NCBI GenBank assembly: GCA_938084645.1
Contig: CALKEP010000029.1
Span: 1-49,206 of the forward strand
Source: an uncultured Phycisphaerales bacterium
Lineage (GTDB): Bacteria; Planctomycetota; Phycisphaerae; Phycisphaerales; SM1A02
Direction: 5' to 3'
DNA length: 49,206 nucleotides
Shown here: positions 38,425-48,282 of the stretch, one piece after another
How the letters are laid out: each line of letters starts with the position of its first letter
How positions within the stretch are numbered: the first letter of the stretch is position 1
Position numbers and translations under genes: made by a program
Notes under the pieces: model-generated
What the model was told of the DNA's origin: nothing
Seen by the model: only the letters and a program-made list of their open reading frames with translations
The model's database searches: none

Positions 38425-39450
38425 TCAGAAGATGCTGTTCGGGAAGTAGTACTTCTCGGCGTTGTCGGGCAGGATGAGCTCGACGTCGATCATGAGGTGC
38501 TGCGGCATGAACCGCATGATGCTCTCGCGGTTGCCGTCAGCGAGCACGCCGACCGCGAGCTGGATGCCGGTGGCGATCATCGAGGGGGGATAGGTGATGT
38601 CCGCGGGGAACATCGGATCGTTCTTCATGACCCGGGCGACGATGTCCTTCATCCCGGCGCCGCCGAGGATCCACATCTCCTTCTCGCGACCGGCCTCGAC
38701 GATCGCCTGCTCGGCGCCGAGCGCCATGTCGTCGTCACTCGCCCAGACCGCGTCGATCTTCGGCGCCTTGACGAGGATGTTCTGCATCACGTCGAGGGAC
38801 TTCGCCCGGTTCCACATCCCGGAGTCCTGGCCGACGATCTTGATGTCGGGGTGCATGGCGAAGACTTCCTTCGCCGCGTCGACCCGGGCGGTGTTCACGG
38901 TGCAGGGAATGCCTTCGAGAATGACGATGTTGCCCTTGCCGCCGAGCTTCTCGACCATGAACTCGGCGCTCTTCCGACCGAAGGAGGCGTTGTCACCTTC
39001 GAGGAAGATGTCGGCGACCGGCTCGAGGAAGCCACGATCGACGTTCACGATCAGGATGCCCTTCTCGTGGGCCTGCTTGGCGATGGGGGTGAGGGGAGCG
39101 CTTTCGGTGCAGAGGATCACGAGGCCGTCGACCCCGCGGGTCATCATGTTCTCGATGTCCTGGATCTGCTTCGAGGGCGTCTCCGCGGTCTGGAAGACCC
39201 ACTCGACGTCGGGGTACAGCTCCATGGCCTGCTTGGCCCACCACACCACGCCGGCGGTCCAGCCGTGGTCGGCCGCGGGGATGCTCACCCCGATGCGAAC
39301 CGGCTTCTGCAGCTTGGTGGCGACGGCTTCGACGTCGACGCCGCCGTTCGCGGCGGTCGGAGTCGGGTTGGTGCCGGCGTCGCCGCAGCCGGCGAGGATC
39401 GCGGCGGTGCCGGCGGCGGCGGCGAGGAACAGTCTTCGAATCGGATTCAT
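38425..39450 (-). CDS. Sugar ABC transporter substrate-binding lipoprotein (RbsB-like)
   Basis: RRLFL and LAGC in the signal; QIQDIENM, VNVDR, GDN, WASDDDMALGA periplasmic-binding-protein type I motifs. Confidence 0.9.
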   Translation of the reverse strand: MNPIRRLFLAAAAGTAAILAGCGDAGTNPTPTAANGGVDVEAVATKLQKPVRIGVSIPAADHGWTAGVVWWAKQAMELYPDVEWVFQTAETPSKQIQDIENMMTRGVDGLVILCTESAPLTPIAKQAHEKGILIVNVDRGFLEPVADIFLEGDNASFGRKSAEFMVEKLGGKGNIVILEGIPCTVNTARVDAAKEVFAMHPDIKIVGQDSGMWNRAKSLDVMQNILVKAPKIDAVWASDDDMALGAEQAIVEAGREKEMWILGGAGMKDIVARVMKNDPMFPADITYPPSMIATGIQLAVGVLADGNRESIMRFMPQHLMIDVELILPDNAEKYYFPNSIF

Positions 39451-39570
39451 CTGAGGCTCCTGTCTCTTCTTGTTCGGGCTGATCAGGGGAGACGCAGTGG
39501 CCTCACCGGGACCCGGATTCTAACCGGAGCGGGGATGGCCACGCCGCCGCGGTGCGATAGGGTGGCCGGT

Positions 39571-40962
39571 ATGAACGGAACCATCATCCTCGGCCTGCTC
39601 GGTTCGCTCTTCGCCCCGATTCCAACGTCGCCCACGACGCATTCGCCGCCCATGGTCCGAGATCGGCCGCCCAACGTGGTCATCTTCTTCACGGACGACC
39701 AGGGCTTCGGCGACCTCTCGTGCTTCGGACATCCGACGATCCACACCCCGAACGTCGATCGAATGGCGGCCGAAGGCGTGAAACTGACCCAGTTCTACGT
39801 CGCCTCGCCCGTCTGCTCGCCCTCGAGGGCGGCCCTGCTCACCGGCTGCTATCCGAAGCGGGTGGGGATGCACGAGCACGTCATCTTCCCCGCCTACGCC
39901 CACGGACTCCATCCCGATGAGACGACCATCGCCGACGTGCTCTCGGGGGCGGGCTACGCGACGGGATGCTTCGGGAAGTGGCACCTCGGACATCGCCCGG
40001 GACTTCTGCCCACCAACCAGGGGTTCGACACGTTCTTCGGGATTCCCTACTCGAACGACATGAGCCAGTTCCATCGGCCGGAAGGGAACGGATACCGCCA
40101 CAGCCTCCCGCTGCTGCGCGACGAGGCGGTGATCGAGTGGGAACCGGACCAGCGCCTGCTCACCCGGCGCTGCACCGAGGAGGCCGTCGCGTTCATCGAC
40201 GCGCACGCCGACGGGCCCTTCTTCGTCTACGTGCCGCACGCGATGCCGCACATCCCGATCTACGCGTCGGAGGAATTCGCGGGTCGGAGTCCGCGGGGCA
40301 CCTACGGCGACGTGATCGAGGAGATCGACTGGAGCGTGGGTGAAGTGCTCGACGCCCTCGATCGTCACGGCGTCGGTGACGAGACGCTGGTGATCTTCAC
40401 CACCGACAACGGCCCCTGGCTTCCCTACAAGGAGCGTGGCGGTTCGGCGGGCCTGCTCGCCGGTGGGAAGGGCGGGAATCTCGAGGGCGGGCAACGGGTG
40501 CCGTTCGTCGCTCGGTATCCGGACCGGATCCCGGCGGGGCTCGTGCAGCGGGAGATCGCGACCACCATGGACCTGCTGCCGACGATCGCCAATCTCGCGG
40601 GGGTGACGCTCGACGACGATCGGCCGATCGACGGTCACGACATCATGCCCCTGCTCGAAGGCGTCGAAGGCGTCGAGTCGCCGACCGCCTCGTTCATCTA
40701 CTACACCTCTCGCGGCGACCTGGCGGGGATCCGGCGGGGGCGTTGGAAGCTGCTGCTCGAACCGGGAACGCTGCACGACGTCGAGTCCGACGTGGGCGAG
40801 CGGTGGAATCGGGCGGACCGGCATCCGGACGTCGTGGCGGAACTTCGCGCCCTCGCCATCGAGCGGGATGCGTCGATCACCGCAGGGGCCCGTCCGGTGC
40901 TCGAGGTCGAGGAGACGATCTGGGATCCGGCCACGGTGGTCCGACCGGAGCCATCACCCTGA
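39571..40962 (+). CDS. Formylglycine-dependent sulfatase (arylsulfatase A-like)
   Basis: PNVVIFFTDDQG, CSPSRAALLTG, GKWHLG, PYSND, TDNG, EGGQRVP. Confidence 0.93.
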   Translation: MNGTIILGLLGSLFAPIPTSPTTHSPPMVRDRPPNVVIFFTDDQGFGDLSCFGHPTIHTPNVDRMAAEGVKLTQFYVASPVCSPSRAALLTGCYPKRVGMHEHVIFPAYAHGLHPDETTIADVLSGAGYATGCFGKWHLGHRPGLLPTNQGFDTFFGIPYSNDMSQFHRPEGNGYRHSLPLLRDEAVIEWEPDQRLLTRRCTEEAVAFIDAHADGPFFVYVPHAMPHIPIYASEEFAGRSPRGTYGDVIEEIDWSVGEVLDALDRHGVGDETLVIFTTDNGPWLPYKERGGSAGLLAGGKGGNLEGGQRVPFVARYPDRIPAGLVQREIATTMDLLPTIANLAGVTLDDDRPIDGHDIMPLLEGVEGVESPTASFIYYTSRGDLAGIRRGRWKLLLEPGTLHDVESDVGERWNRADRHPDVVAELRALAIERDASITAGARPVLEVEETIWDPATVVRPEPSP

Positions 40963-40972
40963 CGCGGTCGCG

Positions 40973-42016
40973 TCAGTTCGCCTTGCCGCGCTGGATGAGC
41001 ACGGCGAGGATGATGATCACGCCCTTGACGAATCCCTGCCAGTAGACCTCGACGTCGGCGAGGGTCAGCATGTTGCTGATCATGATCAGGATCAGCACGC
41101 CGAGCATCGTTCCCCAGACCCGGCCGCGGCCTCCGGTCATCGCGGTGCCGCCGATCACCACCGCGGCGATCGCGTCAAGTTCGGCGAGATGGCCGACGCC
41201 CGAACTCGACACCGAGTTCATCCGCGTGAGCGACATCAGGGCGGCGATGCCTGCGCACGCCCCGACCAGCACGTAGGACCAGGTTCGGACGCGGTTGACC
41301 GCGATGCCGCTGTACCGGGCCGCGGTCTCGTTGGAGCCGACCGCGATGAAGTGCCGTCCCAGCCGGGTCCGACTGAGCAGGAGCTGGCCGGCGATGACCA
41401 CCGCGAAGAAGATCAGGATGTTCCAGTAGAAGACCACCGGCTGCTCGTAGTAGTCCAGGACGCCCGGGATCTCGAGGCCGCCACGGCCGAAGGTCTGCAG
41501 GGCGGTGAGGCCGTCCGCCGCCCGGATCTCCCCACCCTCGGCGATCGCGAGGGTCACGCTGCGGAAGCCGATCAGGCCCGCGAGCGTGACGATGAACGCG
41601 GGGATCCGACCGATCGTGACCAGCACGCCGTTGAGCAGGCCGCACGCCGCCCCGAGCCCGATTCCGGTCGCGAGTCCGATCACGACCGCCAGGACCTCGT
41701 TGGTTCCGCCGTCGAACAGGGCGTTCATGGTGATCATGCCGACCGCCGCCCCGAACGCCATGACCGCGCCGACCGAGAGGTCGATGCCGCCCGCGATGAT
41801 CACGATCGTCATGCCGACCGCGATCACGCCGATGTCCGCGTTCTGATTCAGGAGGTTCCGAAGATTCTCCGGCTTGAGGAACGTCTCGGACTGGGTGATC
41901 GCGTTGTAGCCGAACAGTGCGATGAACGCGATCACCACGCCGAAGCGTTCGAGGCCCGACAGTGCGACGCGCCAGCCCTCGGCGACCCTGTTTCGATTCA
42001 CGGTTCCATCGCTCAT
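40973..42016 (-). CDS. Sugar ABC transporter permease (RbsC-like)
   Basis: GMTIVIIAGGIDLSVG, PAFIVTL, AVGSNETAARYSGI, ELDAIAAVVIGGT. Confidence 0.94.
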   Translation of the reverse strand: MSDGTVNRNRVAEGWRVALSGLERFGVVIAFIALFGYNAITQSETFLKPENLRNLLNQNADIGVIAVGMTIVIIAGGIDLSVGAVMAFGAAVGMITMNALFDGGTNEVLAVVIGLATGIGLGAACGLLNGVLVTIGRIPAFIVTLAGLIGFRSVTLAIAEGGEIRAADGLTALQTFGRGGLEIPGVLDYYEQPVVFYWNILIFFAVVIAGQLLLSRTRLGRHFIAVGSNETAARYSGIAVNRVRTWSYVLVGACAGIAALMSLTRMNSVSSSGVGHLAELDAIAAVVIGGTAMTGGRGRVWGTMLGVLILIMISNMLTLADVEVYWQGFVKGVIIILAVLIQRGKAN

Positions 42017-43500
42017 GCCACGTTCTCCTCCACCCCGGCGGCCAGTCGCATGATCGACTCCTCGGTCGCGGTGGGACCATCCACCACGCCGACCAGCCGG
42101 CCCTGTCGCATCACGGCGATGCGATGGCAGAGCCCGAGCAGTTCGGGAAGCTCGCTCGAGATCACCACGCAGGCCAGTCCGTCCGACGCGAGTTTCGAGA
42201 TCAGGTGGTAGAGCTCGCGCTTCGCGCCCACGTCGACCCCCCGGGTCGGTTCGTCGAGGAGCAGGACCGCGGGCTTCGCGTCGAGTCGGCTCGCGACCGC
42301 GAACTTCTGCTGGTTGCCGCCGGAGAGACTTCGAATCGGACCGCGGGAATCGGGGCATCGGATGTCGAGGCGTTCGATCCAGTCCGCGGTGGCCCGGCGC
42401 TCCCGGCCGCGGTTCGGGATCACCCTGCCGTAGGCCTGGAGATTCGGGAGGGTGGTGTTGTCGACGCACGAGAGATCGACCAGGATGCCGCGCCCCTTGC
42501 GATCCTCGCTCACGTACGCGACGCCGCGGTCGAGGGCGTGCCGGGCGGATCGGAATCGGACGGCCTCGCCGTCGAGTCGCACCGTGCCGCTCGAGGTCGG
42601 TCGGAGGCCCACGATCGCCTCCGCGATCTCCGTCCGGCCGCTGCCGACGAGCCCGGCGAGACCGACGATCTCGCCCGGGGCGACATCGAGATCGACGCCC
42701 GTCGCGTGATGGGGGACGCCGAGATCACGGATCGAAAGACGGGGTTCGGCGGGGTCGGGCGTGGTGCGGGGCGGATAGACGTCGACGAGGTCGCGGCCGA
42801 CCATCATCGAAGCCAGACGATCCGCATCGGATTCGGCCGGGGTCGTCTCCGCGACCACGCGTCCGTCGCGCAGGACGGTGATCCGGTCACAGAGATCGAG
42901 CACTTCGGGAAGGAGATGCGAGATGTACACGACGGCCACGCCGCGCTCGCGGAGTCGTCGCACCAGTCGGAAGAGCAGGGTCGTCTCGCGTTCCGAGAGG
43001 ACCGCGGTGGGCTCGTCGAGAATCAGGACGCGGGTCTCCTGGGACAACGCCTTGGCGATCTCCACCAGCTGTTGCTGGGCGACGGGAAGATCACCGACCC
43101 GGGCCTTCGGATCGATGGAGGCGCCGATCTCCTCGAGCAGTCTCGATGCCTCGGTCCGCATGCGGCCGAGATCCACGAATCCCAGTCGGCGGGGTTCCCG
43201 TCCCAGCAGGATGTTCTCGGCCACCGAGAGATCCTCGACGAGGTTCAGTTCCTGATGGATCATCACCACGCCGGCCCGGCTCGCATCGTTGACGTGTCGT
43301 GGTCGGTAGGGCCGGCCTTCGAGGGTCAACGAACCCTCGTCCGGCGGTTGGATGCCGGCGAGGATCTTCATCAGGGTGCTCTTGCCGGCGCCGTTCTCGC
43401 CGATCACGCCGTGCACCTCGCCCGCCTCGATCTCGAGACTCACGCCGTCGAGGGCGCGGACCGCCGGGAACTGCTTGGTGATGTCGGCGATGTCGAGCAC
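42013..43500 (-). CDS. Sugar ABC transporter ATP-binding protein, tandem NBD (RbsA-like)
   Basis: GENGAGKSTL, ILDEPT, YISH, GLVGSGRTE, LSGGNQQK, DEPTRGVDVGAK. Confidence 0.95.
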   Translation of the reverse strand: MLDIADITKQFPAVRALDGVSLEIEAGEVHGVIGENGAGKSTLMKILAGIQPPDEGSLTLEGRPYRPRHVNDASRAGVVMIHQELNLVEDLSVAENILLGREPRRLGFVDLGRMRTEASRLLEEIGASIDPKARVGDLPVAQQQLVEIAKALSQETRVLILDEPTAVLSERETTLLFRLVRRLRERGVAVVYISHLLPEVLDLCDRITVLRDGRVVAETTPAESDADRLASMMVGRDLVDVYPPRTTPDPAEPRLSIRDLGVPHHATGVDLDVAPGEIVGLAGLVGSGRTEIAEAIVGLRPTSSGTVRLDGEAVRFRSARHALDRGVAYVSEDRKGRGILVDLSCVDNTTLPNLQAYGRVIPNRGRERRATADWIERLDIRCPDSRGPIRSLSGGNQQKFAVASRLDAKPAVLLLDEPTRGVDVGAKRELYHLISKLASDGLACVVISSELPELLGLCHRIAVMRQGRLVGVVDGPTATEESIMRLAAGVEENVA

Positions 43501-43545
43501 CGTCGAAGAATACCGGAGGCGGCCGGTCGGGGCGTCGATCGCGCT

Positions 43546-44625
43546 TCAGCGGATCAGCAGGAATTCGCCGGCGAGTCCCGGCCCGAAGGCGAGGCCGACC
43601 CATGGTCCCGGAGACGAATCCCGAGCGAGCCGGTCCAGGATGAAGAGCAGCGTGACGCTGCTCATGTTCCCGTGTTCGCGAAGGACCGCTCGACTCGTCG
43701 CGCCGGCATCCTCGGGAAGGCCCAGCGACTCGACCACCGCATCGATGACCCGGGGTCCGCCGGGGTGGATCGCCCAGCCGCCGATCGCGTCGATCGAGAG
43801 TTCATGCGCCGCGAGGGTCCGTTCGATCCAGGCGGGGAGGTTCGCTCGAAGATGCGCCGGAACCTCGGCCCCCAGCGTCATTTCGAAGCCGTGATCCCCG
43901 ATCCGCCAGCCCATCACGTCGATGGTGTCCGGAATGACCGTGGCCGCGGTCGCCGCGAGTTCGGGGCCGGTGTCGCCGAGGGCGACGACGGTGGCCGCGG
44001 CGCCGTCCGCGAAGAGGGTGTTGGAGATCAACCGATCGAGGCGCTGATCCCGGTGGAAGTGCACCGAGCTGATCTCGACGCAGACCACGAGGACGCGATG
44101 CCGGGGATCCTCGGCGGCGAACGCCCGTGCGACCGCGAGCGCGTTCACTGCGGCGTGGCATCCCATGAATCCGACGTGGGTGCGGCGGATGTCCGCACGC
44201 AGGTCGACGGCGTCCATGACGGATCGATCGACCCCGGGGGCGTCGAAGCCGGTGCAGCTGGCGGTGACCAGATGGGTGATCCGGTCGGGGCCGTGCGGAT
44301 CCGCCTCGATGGCGCGGGCGGCCGCGTCGACCGCGAGTCGGCGAGCGTGTTCCTCGTAGGCGATCATCCGTGCCGCGGTGCCCGGAACCCTCGGATCGTC
44401 GTCGCCACCTTCGGGGCCGATGCCGTAGAGCGGGACGCTTCCATCCGCGTCGAGAATGGCGCAGTTCCGTTGCTCGATGCCCGAACGGTCGTGCAGTCGA
44501 GCCAGCACCGCGGTCGAAACGTCGTCGGGGGCGAGGGCCCGAGCGACTTCCAGCGACCGGGCGGTCGCGAGCCGATGGGGGGGATTCGCGACCGCGATGG
44601 GACCGAGTCGGACGGCCTGCTTCAT
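43546..44625 (-). CDS. Type III polyketide synthase
   Basis: Catalytic Cys-His-Asn in GFMGCHAA, WAIHPGG, HGNMSS; SCTG, LFADGAAA, AFGPGL. Confidence 0.95.
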   Translation of the reverse strand: MKQAVRLGPIAVANPPHRLATARSLEVARALAPDDVSTAVLARLHDRSGIEQRNCAILDADGSVPLYGIGPEGGDDDPRVPGTAARMIAYEEHARRLAVDAAARAIEADPHGPDRITHLVTASCTGFDAPGVDRSVMDAVDLRADIRRTHVGFMGCHAAVNALAVARAFAAEDPRHRVLVVCVEISSVHFHRDQRLDRLISNTLFADGAAATVVALGDTGPELAATAATVIPDTIDVMGWRIGDHGFEMTLGAEVPAHLRANLPAWIERTLAAHELSIDAIGGWAIHPGGPRVIDAVVESLGLPEDAGATSRAVLREHGNMSSVTLLFILDRLARDSSPGPWVGLAFGPGLAGEFLLIR

Positions 44626-45770
44626 CCGATTGCTCCCACATCCGCGGGCGGTCGCGACTGGCCGCTCGCGACGCCGGCGAGTCGCCGGCCGATGCGCGGG
44701 AGTCGTCCGAGCAGTCGCATCACGGGCATGGCGGCGCGGGGGTGTCGGATCGCGAAGGCGACGGTCCGGCACCGACGCCGTCGAGCCGACAGCAGGCGTG
44801 CATGGGCGCGGTTCCAGGGGCCCGCCGCGCCTCCGTCGAGGGTCGCCTCGACGAACGGTGCGACCGCGACGCCGGCCTCCATGCCCCACGACATGCCTTC
44901 GCCGGTGAAGGGTTCGACGTATCCGCCCGCATCACCGATGCAGAACACGCGGCCGGCGGCCACGCTGCGACGGCTCCGGGTCAGGCTCGGCGTGCCTCGC
45001 CACTTCGCGGCCGCCGCCGCGTCGGCGAGTCCCGCCAGTCCGGCGTCCCCGAGGATCCTCGCGCAGGTCGCCGCGGGGCCACCGCCGAGCCGGGTGCGTT
45101 CGGGGTGCAGGGCCGCCGCGAGATCCACGCGACCGTCCTCGAGGGTCGCGACGCCGAGATACCCGGCGCGATCGGTGAGCATCAGCAGTTGTCCGCGGCG
45201 GGGCGCGTCTCGAACGCCCTCCACGAGCGTGCCGACTCCGAAGCGGTTTCGTCCGGCGATCCGCCAGCGAAACTCCGGACGACCGTCGAGCGCTCGGCCG
45301 CCGAGTCCGTCCGCGACGACGATCGCCTTCGGCCGGAGAGGATCGGGTGGGGGGGCGGTCGATGCATCGAGCGGTCGGAGTTCGACTTCATCGCCGGCCG
45401 TCACGACGGCGGAGGTTCTTGGGAGGAACTCGACGTGTCGCCGTCGCGCCGCCTCGATGAGGGCGGCGTCGAGTCGCTCCCGGGACAGCGTCACCGAACC
45501 CCGGAAATCGAGCGTGGTGGATCGTCCCGCGCCATGGACGATGGTCGTATCGAGCGGCACCCCCTCCTCGACGAGGTCGCCGAGCCCCAGCGACCGGAGA
45601 ATGCCCTGGCCGCCCGGTGCGAGACAGCAGCCGCAGACCTTCGCCCGTGGAAAGCTCGCTCGATCGATGAGCAGGACGCGGTGTCCTCGGTCGCCGAGCA
45701 CGCAGGCTGCGGTCGCACCGGCGGGACCGGCGCCGATCACCACCACATCCGGGTCGTGACGCGGCGTCAT
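44622..45770 (-). CDS. FAD-dependent oxidoreductase (geranylgeranyl reductase/flavin monooxygenase-like)
   Basis: VVVIGAGPAG, FPRAKVCG, VADG, IGDAGGYVEPFTGEGM; 4-nt overlaps with both neighbours. Confidence 0.9.
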   Translation of the reverse strand: MTPRHDPDVVVIGAGPAGATAACVLGDRGHRVLLIDRASFPRAKVCGCCLAPGGQGILRSLGLGDLVEEGVPLDTTIVHGAGRSTTLDFRGSVTLSRERLDAALIEAARRRHVEFLPRTSAVVTAGDEVELRPLDASTAPPPDPLRPKAIVVADGLGGRALDGRPEFRWRIAGRNRFGVGTLVEGVRDAPRRGQLLMLTDRAGYLGVATLEDGRVDLAAALHPERTRLGGGPAATCARILGDAGLAGLADAAAAAKWRGTPSLTRSRRSVAAGRVFCIGDAGGYVEPFTGEGMSWGMEAGVAVAPFVEATLDGGAAGPWNRAHARLLSARRRRCRTVAFAIRHPRAAMPVMRLLGRLPRIGRRLAGVASGQSRPPADVGAIG

Positions 45771-46489
45771 GGACTGATCTCCGGCCTGGTCCATTCGAGC
45801 AGCATTCGTTCGGGGATCGCCGGGGTGATCCGTGCCGTTTCGAGTCCGGCCCTTCGGGCGGCCTGCTCGAACTCCTCGATCGTGAAGGCGGCGCGAACCG
45901 ACGCCGGGGCATCGAAGTGCACGATCGGCGAGCGGCTGAAGATGCGGGCCGAGGTCCAGGCGAGGAGGAGGCCGAGCCGGGAGCGCTGGAGATCCGAAAC
46001 CAGCATCGCACGGCGGCTCGCGTCCGCCATGTTGCGGAGCAGTCGGTCGACCATCGGTGTTTCGAGGTGATGCAGGAACAGGCTGCAGATCACGAAGTCG
46101 GCGGGTGGGAGTGGATCGGTGTTGATGTCCACGCGGTGCGTTTGGAAAGGGACGCCGCTCGCGGCGGCGCGGCGTCGGGTCACGTCGAGGGCATGATCGC
46201 TGATGTCGCATCCCATCCACGCGATCTCACGATTGGGAAATGCCCGTCGTGCCCGTCTCGCCAGTCGAATCGGGAGATCGCCACTCCCGGTGGCGACGTC
46301 GAGGATGTTGATCGATCGGCCGTCGGGGAGCGCTTCGAGGTGGGGACGCAGTCGTCGCCAGAGGATCAGGTCGGCGGAGGCCAGTCGGTTCAGTCGGGCG
46401 AGGCCTTTCAACGCGCGGTCGTGGGCCGCCGCGCCCAGATTCGGGTCATCCATCAGCTCGGGAACGAGGATTCGACGGTGCAGTGACAC
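45767..46489 (-). CDS. Class I SAM-dependent methyltransferase
   Basis: PELMDDP, ILDVATGSGD, GCDIS, SLFLHHL, SDLQR, DAPASVRAAFT. Start GTG 46489 uncertain. Confidence 0.88.
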   Translation of the reverse strand: MSLHRRILVPELMDDPNLGAAAHDRALKGLARLNRLASADLILWRRLRPHLEALPDGRSINILDVATGSGDLPIRLARRARRAFPNREIAWMGCDISDHALDVTRRRAAASGVPFQTHRVDINTDPLPPADFVICSLFLHHLETPMVDRLLRNMADASRRAMLVSDLQRSRLGLLLAWTSARIFSRSPIVHFDAPASVRAAFTIEEFEQAARRAGLETARITPAIPERMLLEWTRPEISP

Positions 46490-46774
46490 GGAGGCATCGT
46501 AGGGAACGACGAGCGTCCCTCGGTCGAAGATCGTGGTTTTCGGCCCGCGGAGCGGCGATTTCTTTCTCGGCGGTTTCGAGATCTGAGACGGCCTTCGCGA
46601 TTTCATCGGTTTTTCGTGGGCGCCCTGAGCCACGGCCATATCATGGAGGCCGCGATCACTCGCGACCAACCGCTGCGCCTTTTCCCTCATCGCCCCCTGC
46701 CACCTCCAAAATGGCTGGGGGCGATGTCCTTTTGACGAGTCGCCCGGGTGCTTGCGGGCGGGTACCTTCCATGC

Positions 46775-48244
46775 ATGTCCGAAACGCCTTGTCGACGGTG
46801 GTACGCCTCCCTGATGATCCTGGCCGTCGGGGTGATGCTGCCGGGGGTGGGAGCCGCCGCGCCGGCCGAACGAGCGCCGAACGTGATCCTGATCGTCGCC
46901 GACGACCTCGGATGGGCGGACATCTCGCCGAACAATCCGGCGACCTTCTACCGAACACCCAACCTCGAGCGTCTGGCGAATGCGGGGGTCCGTTTCACGC
47001 AGGCGTATGCAGCCTCACCGGTCTGCAGTCCCACGCGAGGCAGCATCATGACCGGACGGCATCCAGCCCGGACCCGGACCACGGACTGGTTCGGTGGAGC
47101 CCGAAAGGCCCGTCTGCTTCCCGCCGACTACCGGCGCGAACTTCCGCTGGAGGAACGAACCATCGCGGAGTGCCTCGGCGACGCGGGGTACGGGACCTTC
47201 TTCGCCGGCAAATGGCACCTCGGGCCCGAGGGTCGCTGGCCGGAGGACCAGGGCTTCGACGTGAATCGCGGTGGTTGGACGCGCGGCGGTCCGTACGGTG
47301 GTGGCAAGTACTTCTCGCCCTACGGCAATCCTCGGCTCGAGGACGGACCCCGCGGCGAGCACCTGCCGGATCGGCTCGCCCGCGAGACGGTCGAGTACAT
47401 GGAACGCCAGCAGGATGCGCCGTTTCTCGCGGTCCTGTCCTTCTATTCGGTCCACACGCCGCTGCTGGCGCCGGAAGCGCTCGTCGCGACCCATCGGGCC
47501 CGACGCGATGCGCTCGAGACCGAAGGCCCGCGGTGGGGACGGGAGCGAGCCCGCAAGGTGCGTCTGGTTCAGGATCACGCCGTCTATGCCGCGATGGTCG
47601 AGACGATGGATCGAGCGATCGGTACGGTGCTCGACGGCCTGGAACGACTCGGGCTCGCCGATGACACCGTGGTGATCTTCTTCAGCGACAACGGCGGTCT
47701 TTCGACCAGCGAAGGACATCCGACCTCGAATCTTCCGTTCCGCGCGGGAAAGGGCTGGCTCTACGAGGGGGGCATCCGCGAGCCCTGCATCGTCGCCGCG
47801 CCCGGCGCTGCGGCGAACGCGGTCTGCGACACGGCGATCACCAGCTCCGATCTGTTCCCGACGATTCTCGACCTCTGTGGTGTCGAGCCTGACGCGGATC
47901 GTCCCCTCGACGGACGGTCCCTTCGTCCCCAGCTCGAGGATCCGGAAGGGAAGGGGGTCCCCCGCGATCTCTTCTGGCACTACCCGCACTACGGGAATCA
48001 GGGTGGCGCTCCGAGCGGGGCGGTCCGTTCCGGCGACCTGAAGTTGATCGAGTGGTTCGAGGATGGTCGACTCGAGTTGTTCGATCTCGCGTCGGACCCC
48101 GGGGAACGGGTCGACCTCGCCCCGCGTCGTCCCGACGAGGTCCGGCGACTCTCCGCATCACTCGCCGGATGGCGACTCGGCATCGATGCCGCGATGCCGC
48201 AGCCGAATCCCGAGTACGAGTCGCCGGCGGTCGAAGACGATTGA
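46775..48244 (+). CDS. Exported formylglycine-dependent sulfatase
   Basis: Signal peptide; PNVILIVADDLG, CSPTRGSIMTG, GKWHLG, SDNGG, YEGGIREP, WHYPHY. Confidence 0.93.
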   Translation: MSETPCRRWYASLMILAVGVMLPGVGAAAPAERAPNVILIVADDLGWADISPNNPATFYRTPNLERLANAGVRFTQAYAASPVCSPTRGSIMTGRHPARTRTTDWFGGARKARLLPADYRRELPLEERTIAECLGDAGYGTFFAGKWHLGPEGRWPEDQGFDVNRGGWTRGGPYGGGKYFSPYGNPRLEDGPRGEHLPDRLARETVEYMERQQDAPFLAVLSFYSVHTPLLAPEALVATHRARRDALETEGPRWGRERARKVRLVQDHAVYAAMVETMDRAIGTVLDGLERLGLADDTVVIFFSDNGGLSTSEGHPTSNLPFRAGKGWLYEGGIREPCIVAAPGAAANAVCDTAITSSDLFPTILDLCGVEPDADRPLDGRSLRPQLEDPEGKGVPRDLFWHYPHYGNQGGAPSGAVRSGDLKLIEWFEDGRLELFDLASDPGERVDLAPRRPDEVRRLSASLAGWRLGIDAAMPQPNPEYESPAVEDD

Positions 48245-48282
48245 ATCTCGAAGCGTCCCTGAGGACGGTTAGGATGAGACCC

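Noticed and set aside
37729..39570. 1077-aa ORF suggesting a large sulfatase fusion
   Set aside because: The N-terminal 614 codons are the antisense shadow of two well-supported minus-strand genes; the sulfatase starts near 39571.
43501..43548. PKS and ABC ATPase in the same frame separated by one TGA (possible readthrough fusion)
   Set aside because: One-in-three coincidence; both proteins are complete and no recoding signal is evident.
41962..45759. 1265-aa plus-strand ORF and other long antisense or alternate-frame ORFs (for example 1140-2579, 14496-16832, 34189-36609)
   Set aside because: They overlap motif-bearing genes, lack recognisable motifs and are expected from high GC and strong codon bias.
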